56,553 nt of DNA from a virus. Its lineage: Duplodnaviria; Caudoviricetes. Below, in pieces: positions 20,714-28,049 of the stretch. The position numbers and the translations under genes are program-made. The stretch spans positions 1-56,553 of IMG/VR virus record IMGVR_UViG_3300022074_000047; one strand, 5' to 3'. Each line of letters opens with the position of its first letter. Position 1 is the stretch's first letter. The notes under the pieces were generated by a model that saw only the letters and a program-made list of their open reading frames with translations, was not told the DNA's origin and ran no database searches.

Positions 20714-20964
20714 ATAGGAAAGACATACTAGCAAAAGCCGAGAAGATGATTAACGGTCCACGGGCCAAAGCCTACGGCGATGCTCACGAAAACCACAAAC
20801 GTATTGCCAAGATGTGGTCAGTTATACTGGAGAAAGAGGTAACCGTATCGCAAGTCTATCAATGCATGATAGCGGTCAAGCTGTCCCGCCTGATAGAAAC
20901 ACCAGACCATGAAGACAGTTGGCTCGATGTCTGTGGCTACGGCGCCCTTGGGGGAGAAAAATAA
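20710..20964 (+). CDS. DUF6378-like protein
   Basis: I.GPRA..YGD...N..RIA..WS...M..VK.SR...H.DSW.D..GY. Confidence 0.75.
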   Translation: MNRKDILAKAEKMINGPRAKAYGDAHENHKRIAKMWSVILEKEVTVSQVYQCMIAVKLSRLIETPDHEDSWLDVCGYGALGGEK

Positions 20965-22856
20965 TGGCTTTGCAACTCGCGTTTGATACGCCGAAGTCGG
21001 AATGGCTACCGCCAACCGAGCTCCCCAACATCTTTGAAGCCAAACAAATAGCCATAGATGTTGAAACACGCGATCCCAATATCAAAACACTCGGGCCGGG
21101 GTGGGCACGAAACGATGGCGAAGTGGTAGGTTACGCTGTTGCCGTCAGCGATTGGTCAGGATATATACCCATCCGTCATAAATACGGCGGTAATCTGGAC
21201 GAGCGCATTGTTAACAAATGGCTGAAGAAAGTCTTTGAGTGCCCCGCCGATAAAATCATGCACAATGCGCAGTACGATGCGGGATGGATACGGCGCATGG
21301 GCTTCACGCTCAACGGTCGGATCATCGATACCATGCTTATCGCGGCTCTACTGGACGAAAACCGCTTTAGCTACAGCCTGAACGCTCTGGCCTACGATCA
21401 TCTCGGTAAAGTAAAATCCGAAAAAGGACTGACAGAAGCCGCAAGAGGATTTGGACTGGACCCAAAAGCCGAGCTCTGGAAAATGCCTGCAATGTATGTG
21501 GGACCGTATGCCGAGGGAGATGCCGAGTTAACACTCGAACTTTGGAACTATCTATCAGGACAACTGGGCAAAGAGGACCTATGGCCCATCGCTAATCTCG
21601 AGCTCGATCTACTCCCGTGCCTGATTGATATGACATGGCGCGGTGTTCGGGTAGATCAGGAAAAAGTAGAGCGTACACGGAACTCTCTACTCAAGCGCGA
21701 GAAAGAGGTACTTAGCAACATTAAGAAACGTGTTGGCCATGACATCGAAATATGGGCTGCCGCCTCCATAGCGAAGGCCTTTGAGGCTCTCAGCATCGAA
21801 TACCCACGGACCGAGAAGGGCGCACCATCGTTCACGAAACAATTCCTGAGCGATCACAGTCACGAACTCCCGCAGTTAATTGTCCAAGCCCGTAACCTAA
21901 ACAAGACCTCGGGGACCTTTATCAATACAATTATGAAACATTGTCACTCCGATGGGCGCATACACAGCCACATAAACCAAATACGATCCGACGACGGCGG
22001 GACCGTATCAGGACGTATCTCCATGAATAACCCGAACCTACAACAGATCCCCGCAAGGGATCCTGAACTTGGTCCTATGATTCGCTCTCTGTTCCTCCCC
22101 GAAGAGGGCGAAAAATGGGCTGCGATTGACTTCTCGCAACAGGAACCACGGATCTTGGTTCACTATGCGTATGTCTATGGCAAAAGTAAGGGGCTTACTT
22201 TGGACGGTGTAGAAGAGTTTGTCCACGGCTATCGGAACAATCCCGACATGGACTTTCACACAATGGTTGCAGAAATGGCAAAGATACCACGTAAGCAAGC
22301 GAAAACAATAAACTTGGGCCTGATGTACGGTATGGGGGTCGGTAAAATGTCTGACCAACTAGATATCACGCTTGACGAAGCCAAGGACTTGGTCCGTCAA
22401 TACCATACACGGGTACCTTTTGTTAAGATGCTGATGACAGGCGTGCAAAACAGACTCAACGACAAGAGCAGTAGCGGTTCTATTCGGTCCCTGTTAGGAC
22501 GTAAGTGTCGGTTTGATCTGTGGGAGCCCGATACATTCGAGATGAACAAAGCGCTCCCGTACCGCGAAGCGGTGCAAGAGTATGGCGATACGACACGCCT
22601 AAAGCGTGCGTATACCTACAAGGCCCTGAATAGATTAATTCAGGCGTCAGCCGCTGATATGACCAAAAAAGCCATGATAGATATATATAAAACAGGCCGT
22701 ATACCGCTCATACAAATCCACGATGAGATAGCTATGTCGGTCAAAGACATGAAAGATGCAGAAACTGTTTCGCAGATGATGGAAACTGCGGTACAATTAG
22801 AAATACCGAGCAAGTGTGACATTGAAGTTGGCCCCGACTGGGGAACTGCTAAATAA
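20964..22856 (+). CDS. polA: DNA polymerase family A with 3'-5' exonuclease
   Basis: Exo motifs DVET, HNAQYD, YAEGD; polymerase motifs DFSQQEPR, KTINLGLMYG, IHDE; start moved to ATG 20964 (SD GGAG). Confidence 0.95.
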   Translation: MALQLAFDTPKSEWLPPTELPNIFEAKQIAIDVETRDPNIKTLGPGWARNDGEVVGYAVAVSDWSGYIPIRHKYGGNLDERIVNKWLKKVFECPADKIMHNAQYDAGWIRRMGFTLNGRIIDTMLIAALLDENRFSYSLNALAYDHLGKVKSEKGLTEAARGFGLDPKAELWKMPAMYVGPYAEGDAELTLELWNYLSGQLGKEDLWPIANLELDLLPCLIDMTWRGVRVDQEKVERTRNSLLKREKEVLSNIKKRVGHDIEIWAAASIAKAFEALSIEYPRTEKGAPSFTKQFLSDHSHELPQLIVQARNLNKTSGTFINTIMKHCHSDGRIHSHINQIRSDDGGTVSGRISMNNPNLQQIPARDPELGPMIRSLFLPEEGEKWAAIDFSQQEPRILVHYAYVYGKSKGLTLDGVEEFVHGYRNNPDMDFHTMVAEMAKIPRKQAKTINLGLMYGMGVGKMSDQLDITLDEAKDLVRQYHTRVPFVKMLMTGVQNRLNDKSSSGSIRSLLGRKCRFDLWEPDTFEMNKALPYREAVQEYGDTTRLKRAYTYKALNRLIQASAADMTKKAMIDIYKTGRIPLIQIHDEIAMSVKDMKDAETVSQMMETAVQLEIPSKCDIEVGPDWGTAK

Positions 22857-22899
22857 TTTTTTACTGCTAACACTTGCTCTGGTTCTTTCCTCCCACCCT

Positions 22900-22924
22900 A
22901 GCCCCGCCAAGCGGGGCTTTTTTT
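22900..22924 (+). terminator. intrinsic terminator
   Basis: GCCCCGC-CAA-GCGGGGC followed by T7. Confidence 0.85.
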
Positions 22925-22925
22925 C

Positions 22926-22964
22926 TTGCATCTTTACATATTATCTTATATAGTCCTGTAAGAT
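22926..22964 (+). promoter_or_regulatory. promoter with overlapping inverted-repeat operator
   Basis: TTGCAT-N17-TATAGT; ATCTTATA-N6-TGTAAGAT inverted repeat across the -10. Confidence 0.7.
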
Positions 22965-22982
22965 ACTATATAAGGACACCTT

Positions 22983-23141
22983 ATGGACACAGAAAAATGG
23001 AAATCAGTACTCGTTCCCAAGGAAGTTTACGAGGAAATCAAGCGAACAAGCTCGGATCGCGGACGAACAATCAGCGGTCAGCTAAAAATTATTTGGCAAA
23101 TTTATAATAAATTAAAAGAAAAGCTTGATCCTAAGCCTTGA
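22983..23141 (+). CDS. 52-aa ribbon-helix-helix (Arc/CopG-like) DNA-binding protein, not in ORF track
   Basis: MDTEKWKSVLVPKEVYEEIKRTSSDRGRTISGQLKIIWQIYNKLKEKLDPKP*; strand-helix-GRTIS-helix pattern; SD AAGGA. Confidence 0.7.
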   Translation: MDTEKWKSVLVPKEVYEEIKRTSSDRGRTISGQLKIIWQIYNKLKEKLDPKP

Positions 23142-23169
23142 CTAAAAAAAATTTGGGCTTAGTATGGGA
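23138..23169 (+). promoter_or_regulatory. sigma70-type promoter with TATGGGA box
   Basis: TTGACT-N16-TAGTAT. Confidence 0.55.
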
Positions 23170-23200
23170 TAAATTGCATATATTACCATAGGAGAGAGAT

Positions 23201-23434
23201 ATGACACCTGATATTGTTTACTTTATTTTGTACCTGATAACCGTACCCGACATTGAGAGCGATCAACGGGCCATGCACCGTATTTACTTTCAAAGTGCGG
23301 ACCAATGCGAACATTACGCAGAAATGTTAGGCCAACAAAACGATCCTATTGTCGGAAAGAAAAACTGTGTTAAAGTAGATACATATCTCCCCGAGATTAG
23401 AATACCCTTACCCAAGCCCGAGTTTATGAAATGA
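23201..23434 (+). CDS. hypothetical protein with hydrophobic N-terminus and two Cys
   Basis: 77 aa, SD AGGAG. Confidence 0.6.
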   Translation: MTPDIVYFILYLITVPDIESDQRAMHRIYFQSADQCEHYAEMLGQQNDPIVGKKNCVKVDTYLPEIRIPLPKPEFMK

Positions 23435-23631
23435 AGTTAGAAGAGCTGTTTAACATTAATAATTTTCTTAAAAAACCAAACACGGACCACCAAATACGGC
23501 ACTTTAGTAGGGACATAATAGAAAAATTTCATCGAATGATACGCCGCAAAAAGAAGAAAGATATCGATTTTTCTAAAATTTTTGATGACGAAGAAACAAT
23601 TAAACGCATAAAACGAAAAAAAGACTTGTAA
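23431..23631 (+). CDS. basic hypothetical protein
   Basis: 66 aa, ATGA overlap. Confidence 0.45.
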   Translation: MKLEELFNINNFLKKPNTDHQIRHFSRDIIEKFHRMIRRKKKKDIDFSKIFDDEETIKRIKRKKDL

Positions 23632-23654
23632 AGTCTTATATAGTCGCGTATAAC
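23626..23654 (+). promoter_or_regulatory. candidate promoter of small RNA
   Basis: TTGTAA-N17-TATAAC with TCTTATA box in the spacer. Confidence 0.5.
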
Positions 23655-23659
23655 TACAT

Positions 23660-23729
23660 ACTGAGGGAAGTCATAGGCCCTCTCCCGTAGTTAAAGAAGA
23701 GCCCTCCAGAGATCTGGGGGGCTTTTTTT
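23660..23729 (+). ncRNA. candidate ~70-nt trans-acting small RNA
   Basis: No ORF between promoter and terminator; GAGGG/CCCTC hairpin, linker TCTCCCGTAGTTAAA, then terminator. Confidence 0.5.
23700..23729 (+). terminator. intrinsic terminator
   Basis: AGCCCTCCAG-AGAT-CTGGGGGGCT followed by T run. Confidence 0.85.
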
Positions 23730-23732
23730 GTG

Positions 23733-23774
23733 TTGACAGGCCATTTTATCTGTGATTATATGGGATTATGTCAA
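23733..23774 (+). promoter_or_regulatory. promoter with 16-bp box
   Basis: TTGACA-N17/18-(T)TATAT(G); TATGGGATTATGTCAA at 23759. Confidence 0.6.
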
Positions 23775-23790
23775 CTACAGGAGAAAACAT

Positions 23791-24141
23791 ATGACTAAAG
23801 TATGGATATTTAAATTTAGGGAAAGCGGTGACGAGGATGATGTGGTCGTGTTTGACTCTAAGCCGTCCCGAGAACAAATGGATGAGGTATTGTTAGATAA
23901 TCTCGATCAGTTGTTCTTTGATAACAAAACGCACCCCGATCAAGAACGGGCTAGAGAAAATGACGATGACTTTGAGTATCTCTATTACGAGGATCTTTGG
24001 GAGAGAGAAGTTCTTAGTGGTTCCGACGATAAAAAATGTCTGCAAGAAAAACTAGCGGAGGTGTATGAGATGGCCGCTAAGATAGAGCTTGATACAGCAC
24101 GGCTAATTAGTATGGCCGAAGATACATTGAGGAAAAGCTAA
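23791..24141 (+). CDS. acidic early hypothetical protein
   Basis: Start moved to ATG 23791 (SD AGGAG); very D/E-rich. Confidence 0.65.
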   Translation: MTKVWIFKFRESGDEDDVVVFDSKPSREQMDEVLLDNLDQLFFDNKTHPDQERARENDDDFEYLYYEDLWEREVLSGSDDKKCLQEKLAEVYEMAAKIELDTARLISMAEDTLRKS

Positions 24142-24299
24142 TGAAGTATCGCGTAGAAGGTGTGCAGACTACCGTCTTATTTATAGAAGCCGATAGCCCC
24201 GAAGAAGCGCAAGATATAGCAACAAATGATTATATTTGGGACGAGGCTCAAACCGCCCCTGATAGATATGGCGTTCATTTTAACGTAGAGGAGCTTTGA
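24141..24299 (+). CDS. 52-aa acidic protein (IEAxSxEEA motif), not in ORF track
   Basis: MKYRVEGVQTTVLFIEADSPEEAQDIATNDYIWDEAQTAPDRYGVHFNVEEL*; TAATG coupling, SD GAGGA. Confidence 0.65.
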   Translation: MKYRVEGVQTTVLFIEADSPEEAQDIATNDYIWDEAQTAPDRYGVHFNVEEL

Positions 24300-24301
24300 A
24301 C

Positions 24302-24454
24302 ATGATTACGAATAAAGATGATTGCGAGCCAACAAATGTAGAAGACGATAGAAAATGTTTTAATTGTGGGGATACTGCATACCCTGAAACAGGCTTCATA
24401 TTTGAAGATGAGTTATATTGTGAAGATTGTTGTCCCGAAGAGTATGGAGAGTGA
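24302..24454 (+). CDS. 50-aa acidic zinc-finger protein, not in ORF track
   Basis: CFNC-x17-CEDC; SD GAGGAG. Confidence 0.65.
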   Translation: MITNKDDCEPTNVEDDRKCFNCGDTAYPETGFIFEDELYCEDCCPEEYGE

Positions 24455-24455
24455 A

Positions 24456-24623
24456 ATGACAGTACGTGTGCATCTACAAAGCAAAACGGGCTCTTGGTCC
24501 GAGGAAATCGCAACGTTTACGTGCGAAGAGTATTACGAGGTCTGCATCACGGCCCTCGAAACATGGGCCAAGAAAAAAGGCTGTATAATAACTGAAAGCG
24601 TAGAGGAAGACGATGATAGCTAA
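24456..24623 (+). CDS. hypothetical protein
   Basis: Start moved to ATG 24456 (SD GGAG): MTVRVHLQSKTGSWSEEIATF... Confidence 0.6.
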   Translation: MTVRVHLQSKTGSWSEEIATFTCEEYYEVCITALETWAKKKGCIITESVEEDDDS

Positions 24624-25056
24624 ACTAAAAACACGCCTCCAAAGGGAAATAAAACAACACTCTGTGCCTAGATTAGGGTTGCATGACGATAGCAGTTTTA
24701 TGGAAATACACAAGGATGGCGAAATTACGGGTAGACTAGATCTTGCAAAAGAGTTGTTAAAGATGCTTTCTAAAATAACCGAACCAAAAAAATATACTGC
24801 TATTGAGTTAAATCTAGAAATAGAAAAAAACATACCTATGTGGGAAAATAGTAAATCTAAGTATTATTTCTTAATAGAGATGGAAGTAGGAGATAGCGTT
24901 CTTATTAAAAACAAAAAACATTTTGACTTTGTAAATGCCACTATAACTAATTGGAAGGGCAAGAAGCATCTACAATATTACGATGCAATGAAAGACAGAA
25001 AATACTCTCATCGAAGATTGAAAGACAACTCGTATAGAATATGGAGAGTGAGATGA
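24613..25056 (+). CDS. hypothetical protein with IEKNIP...MEVGDS...RIWR domain
   Basis: 147 aa; C-terminal motif recurrent in small phage DNA-binding-like proteins. Confidence 0.6.
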   Translation: MIAKLKTRLQREIKQHSVPRLGLHDDSSFMEIHKDGEITGRLDLAKELLKMLSKITEPKKYTAIELNLEIEKNIPMWENSKSKYYFLIEMEVGDSVLIKNKKHFDFVNATITNWKGKKHLQYYDAMKDRKYSHRRLKDNSYRIWRVR

Positions 25057-25247
25057 GGATTAAAGAACTCCGCATCGCCAAGAAAGTTCTACTGAGCTTG
25101 ATAGATGACTCTTACGACACGCTCCGTAATTGTCCAGAAGCTCGACAAGATCCGTCAAACATACACGCCACCGTTAAAGAACTAAAAGGCGCGATTGACG
25201 AAATCGATAGACATATAAGCATAGAAGAGGAGAACGATAATGACTAA
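25053..25247 (+). CDS. hypothetical protein
   Basis: ATGA overlap, SD GGAG. Confidence 0.55.
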   Translation: MRIKELRIAKKVLLSLIDDSYDTLRNCPEARQDPSNIHATVKELKGAIDEIDRHISIEEENDND

Positions 25248-25509
25248 ACAAGCAAGCATAACCAAAGCATGGACCATAAGCCACGAACAACGGGTCAAGA
25301 TATCTCAAAATATGCAATGCATCATAAATATTGAATTAGCCACAGCAGAACATTGCCCAATAGATTACAACGATATCTGCAATCTCATGTCCCTAAAATG
25401 GGACTTGTTCAATATACTGGGGATTGACCACCAAAAAAATGAAGAGGGGCATCGTAGTATTTATAATAAATTAGTGCTAAAATCTGAGGACGATGGAGCA
25501 GATACTTAA
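25240..25509 (+). CDS. hypothetical protein
   Basis: 89 aa, SD GAGGAG. Confidence 0.6.
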   Translation: MTKQASITKAWTISHEQRVKISQNMQCIINIELATAEHCPIDYNDICNLMSLKWDLFNILGIDHQKNEEGHRSIYNKLVLKSEDDGADT

Positions 25510-25684
25510 TTATATTATCGAGTACGGGGAGCGCGGACTGCTCCCCGATGACGTTGAAACACAGAAAATTATAAAAATAGCCAAGTATATAAAATACACA
25601 AACCTAGTTTATATCGCGCAAGACTTTGAAAACCTCGCCGATATGATCTTACACGAGGATCGGGATGGACATAAAAAACATTAA
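25493..25684 (+). CDS. hypothetical protein
   Basis: 63 aa, SD GAGGA. Confidence 0.55.
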   Translation: MEQILNYIIEYGERGLLPDDVETQKIIKIAKYIKYTNLVYIAQDFENLADMILHEDRDGHKKH

Positions 25685-25913
25685 TACAAAAGTCGTGGGC
25701 AACCATACACAGGCCATGAAGCATATGGGACAGCTCAGTTTGAAGATCGAAACTATCACAGATCAGGTAGAAAAGATGATACTGGATCATAAACAGATCA
25801 ATATTCATAGTCCGCAGATCTCGGCTCACGAAGCGTCCTACAATGTCGGGGCCGTAGAAGCCCTAGAAAAAGTTTTAGAAAATTTAAAAAAAGATTGTAA
25901 GGACTTTGCCTGA
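25665..25913 (+). CDS. hypothetical protein
   Basis: 82 aa, SD GAGGA. Confidence 0.55.
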   Translation: MDIKNINTKVVGNHTQAMKHMGQLSLKIETITDQVEKMILDHKQINIHSPQISAHEASYNVGAVEALEKVLENLKKDCKDFA

Positions 25914-26100
25914 CGTATACGTCATCAAAGAAGTAGTCGGGCCTGACAAAAAGGTTCAGTACTATATAGAAGGGGCGGGCCACCCTATCACAAACAAGGT
26001 CGATAATATAAAAGACGCGGAGCAAATGCTCAAGAGACAAATTGAGTTCGGAGATGGCCGTTTCCGTAATTACTGGCATTTGTTGATCCCACCTATATGA
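25906..26100 (+). CDS. hypothetical protein
   Basis: 64 aa, TTG start with SD AAGGA. Confidence 0.5.
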   Translation: MPDVYVIKEVVGPDKKVQYYIEGAGHPITNKVDNIKDAEQMLKRQIEFGDGRFRNYWHLLIPPI

Positions 26101-26335
26101 CGTTCAGATATTTTTTTTTCTTAAACTTTTATAATATTGGCGGGATAGGCGGGATGGCGGGATAAACGGCCTGAAGTGCCTTATTTATATATAGAAGATC
26201 TATACCACTACTATAACGTTAGTGAAAACGGGGGTGGTATAGCTAGTTAATCGTCAAAATCTCTTATAGGGGTCTGAGAATTTTTTTTATAATTTTTTTT
26301 AGCTGAGTATATATAAGGGCTGAATAAACAATTAG
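26101..26335. other. non-coding origin-like region
   Basis: Three T tracts of 8-9 nt, three tandem GGCGGGAT(A), inverted repeat CTATACCAC/GTGGTATAG. Confidence 0.4.
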
Positions 26336-26337
26336 GG

Positions 26338-26367
26338 TTGACAGCCTTGCATAAACTCCCATATAGT
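26338..26367 (+). promoter_or_regulatory. sigma70-type promoter
   Basis: TTGACA-N18-TATAGT with TCCCATA box. Confidence 0.65.
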
Positions 26368-26396
26368 TGTCCGTATAACTACAATGGAGAAAGACT

Positions 26397-26729
26397 ATGG
26401 ACGAGATACGAAAAAAATATGACGAGGGAAAACTTTCCTTGGGAATGTGGGATTGTAGCTTTTATTTTGTTGATGGCGATGGAAATCAGCTATTGGATAA
26501 AAATGGAAAGGTTAGACTTTTTACCGCTGATGACCATGATTTTAGTTACATGGCGGATGGGGTGGAGTTTGATGAGCTCTCGGAAGCTGAACGTAACCCC
26601 GCTGAGGAAATTACTTCACTACTTAGTGATTTGAAAGATTGGTACGGCCGAGCAGATCAGGATCACCTTGGTCAGGGCGCCGATATAATTGAAGATATCC
26701 TTACGTTTTTTGAAAAAGGAGAGCAATAA
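26397..26729 (+). CDS. acidic early hypothetical protein
   Basis: 110 aa D/E-rich, SD GGAG. Confidence 0.65.
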   Translation: MDEIRKKYDEGKLSLGMWDCSFYFVDGDGNQLLDKNGKVRLFTADDHDFSYMADGVEFDELSEAERNPAEEITSLLSDLKDWYGRADQDHLGQGADIIEDILTFFEKGEQ

Positions 26730-26968
26730 TGAAATTTCTTGATAATAAACGTTTATGGCGCCAAAGTTTTGGGCACGAGGTTAAGCTTAAAAAGCTTTTG
26801 GAAAAGATAGAAATGTATTGTTTCTTTTCTATAGAGGATGCAGAACAATTTCTAAAAGATTTTCCTAATCATCCTGATAAGCTTGAGAGTAAAGCGCGGT
26901 TAGAGATCTGCCGAGGAATTTTGTCTATTATTGATAAGGAGAAATTAGATGGTAAAATACCTAACTAA
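26729..26968 (+). CDS. hypothetical protein
   Basis: 79 aa, TAATG coupling, SD AGGAG. Confidence 0.6.
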   Translation: MKFLDNKRLWRQSFGHEVKLKKLLEKIEMYCFFSIEDAEQFLKDFPNHPDKLESKARLEICRGILSIIDKEKLDGKIPN

Positions 26969-27233
26969 AGATTTAATCTTAAGACTTAATGAAAAAGCGG
27001 TGCGTTTAAATAAGAACCGCTCTATTCATCCTAATCATTATTCTGATCTTAATCTTAAAGAAGATATTAAATACCCCGTGGGAATGACGTTGCCTACGGG
27101 GCATATGGATCGGGAAATGAGAACGCAGATATATCTAGGCGAGGACAAGGGTAGTATTTGGCTTGATATTGAAATGAAAGATTTCACCAAATTGCCTAGT
27201 CAGGAGATAGATAATGAGAAAGGGGGTGAGTAG
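26949..27233 (+). CDS. hypothetical protein
   Basis: 94 aa, SD AAGGAG. Confidence 0.6.
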   Translation: MVKYLTKDLILRLNEKAVRLNKNRSIHPNHYSDLNLKEDIKYPVGMTLPTGHMDREMRTQIYLGEDKGSIWLDIEMKDFTKLPSQEIDNEKGGE

Positions 27234-27333
27234 ATATTTTTATTTTTAGAATTATAGGGTGGTTGCTTTACGGCAAAGATTATGATCGATTGCAGAGAAA
27301 AGTAAATGAGCCGAAGCGCCGACGCTGAGAATG

Positions 27334-27364
27334 AGCCCCGCCACTTGACGGGGCTTTTTCTTTT
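27334..27364 (+). terminator. intrinsic terminator containing the next -35
   Basis: AGCCCCG-CCACTTGA-CGGGGCT plus T run. Confidence 0.8.
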
Positions 27365-27386
27365 GTCTAGTATGGGATATTGTCAA
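27345..27386 (+). promoter_or_regulatory. promoter with 16-bp box
   Basis: TTGACG-N17-TAGTAT; TATGGGATATTGTCAA at 27371. Confidence 0.65.
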
Positions 27387-27408
27387 TTAACTACATAGGA
27401 GAAAAATT

Positions 27409-27666
27409 ATGAAACGTAGTACATATAACAAACCGCACAACAAATTGCGATTTATTACCCCCGATCAAGTAGCAGAAACATGGGATGGAGTTAACAAAGA
27501 TCTTTATTCCGCTCTTTGGCGTAAAGGCGTTAAGGCTATGCGACAACCTAACGAGTTTGATCACAGAGCCGAATACCTTTTTGAAAACTCTGTGGCGTCT
27601 TTATGGGATGAATTTTCAAAAGACGAAAAATTTGAATTAAATAAACTATGTCAGGCGGGTCATTAA
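27409..27666 (+). CDS. early hypothetical protein
   Basis: 85 aa, SD AGGAG. Confidence 0.65.
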   Translation: MKRSTYNKPHNKLRFITPDQVAETWDGVNKDLYSALWRKGVKAMRQPNEFDHRAEYLFENSVASLWDEFSKDEKFELNKLCQAGH

Positions 27667-27667
27667 A

Positions 27668-27970
27668 ATGAAAAACATTAAACAAAAAGTTTTTATGATA
27701 CCCTTTAGCAAAGATGACATTTTAGTAATGTTATCTGTTATAGCGGAATTTAACACGGCCGTCGCGCGGGGCGAAGCGCAACATAATATAACCCATGAAA
27801 AAGAAACAATACGGGGCTTAGTAAATAGGTTATTCCCGTATCAGCGGGCTTTAGTTGAAGATGATCTTGATCTTTTAATTGATGCACAGCTAATGCATAC
27901 AGCGGGCACCGACGAATGGGCCAAGAACTTTTTCAAAGGGCAAGCGCGCAAAAAAGTAAAGCAGAGTTGA
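27668..27970 (+). CDS. early hypothetical protein
   Basis: 100 aa directly after the previous gene. Confidence 0.55.
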   Translation: MKNIKQKVFMIPFSKDDILVMLSVIAEFNTAVARGEAQHNITHEKETIRGLVNRLFPYQRALVEDDLDLLIDAQLMHTAGTDEWAKNFFKGQARKKVKQS

Positions 27971-27994
27971 CTTTATCTTATATAAATGTATTCT
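27967..27994 (+). promoter_or_regulatory. sigma70-type promoter with inverted 16-bp box
   Basis: TTGACT-N16-TATTCT; TTGACTTTATCTTATA. Confidence 0.6.
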
Positions 27995-28049
27995 TATGGG
28001 GCGGGGCAATTCCGCCCCGTTTTATTTTAACTACAAATAAGGAAAAACT

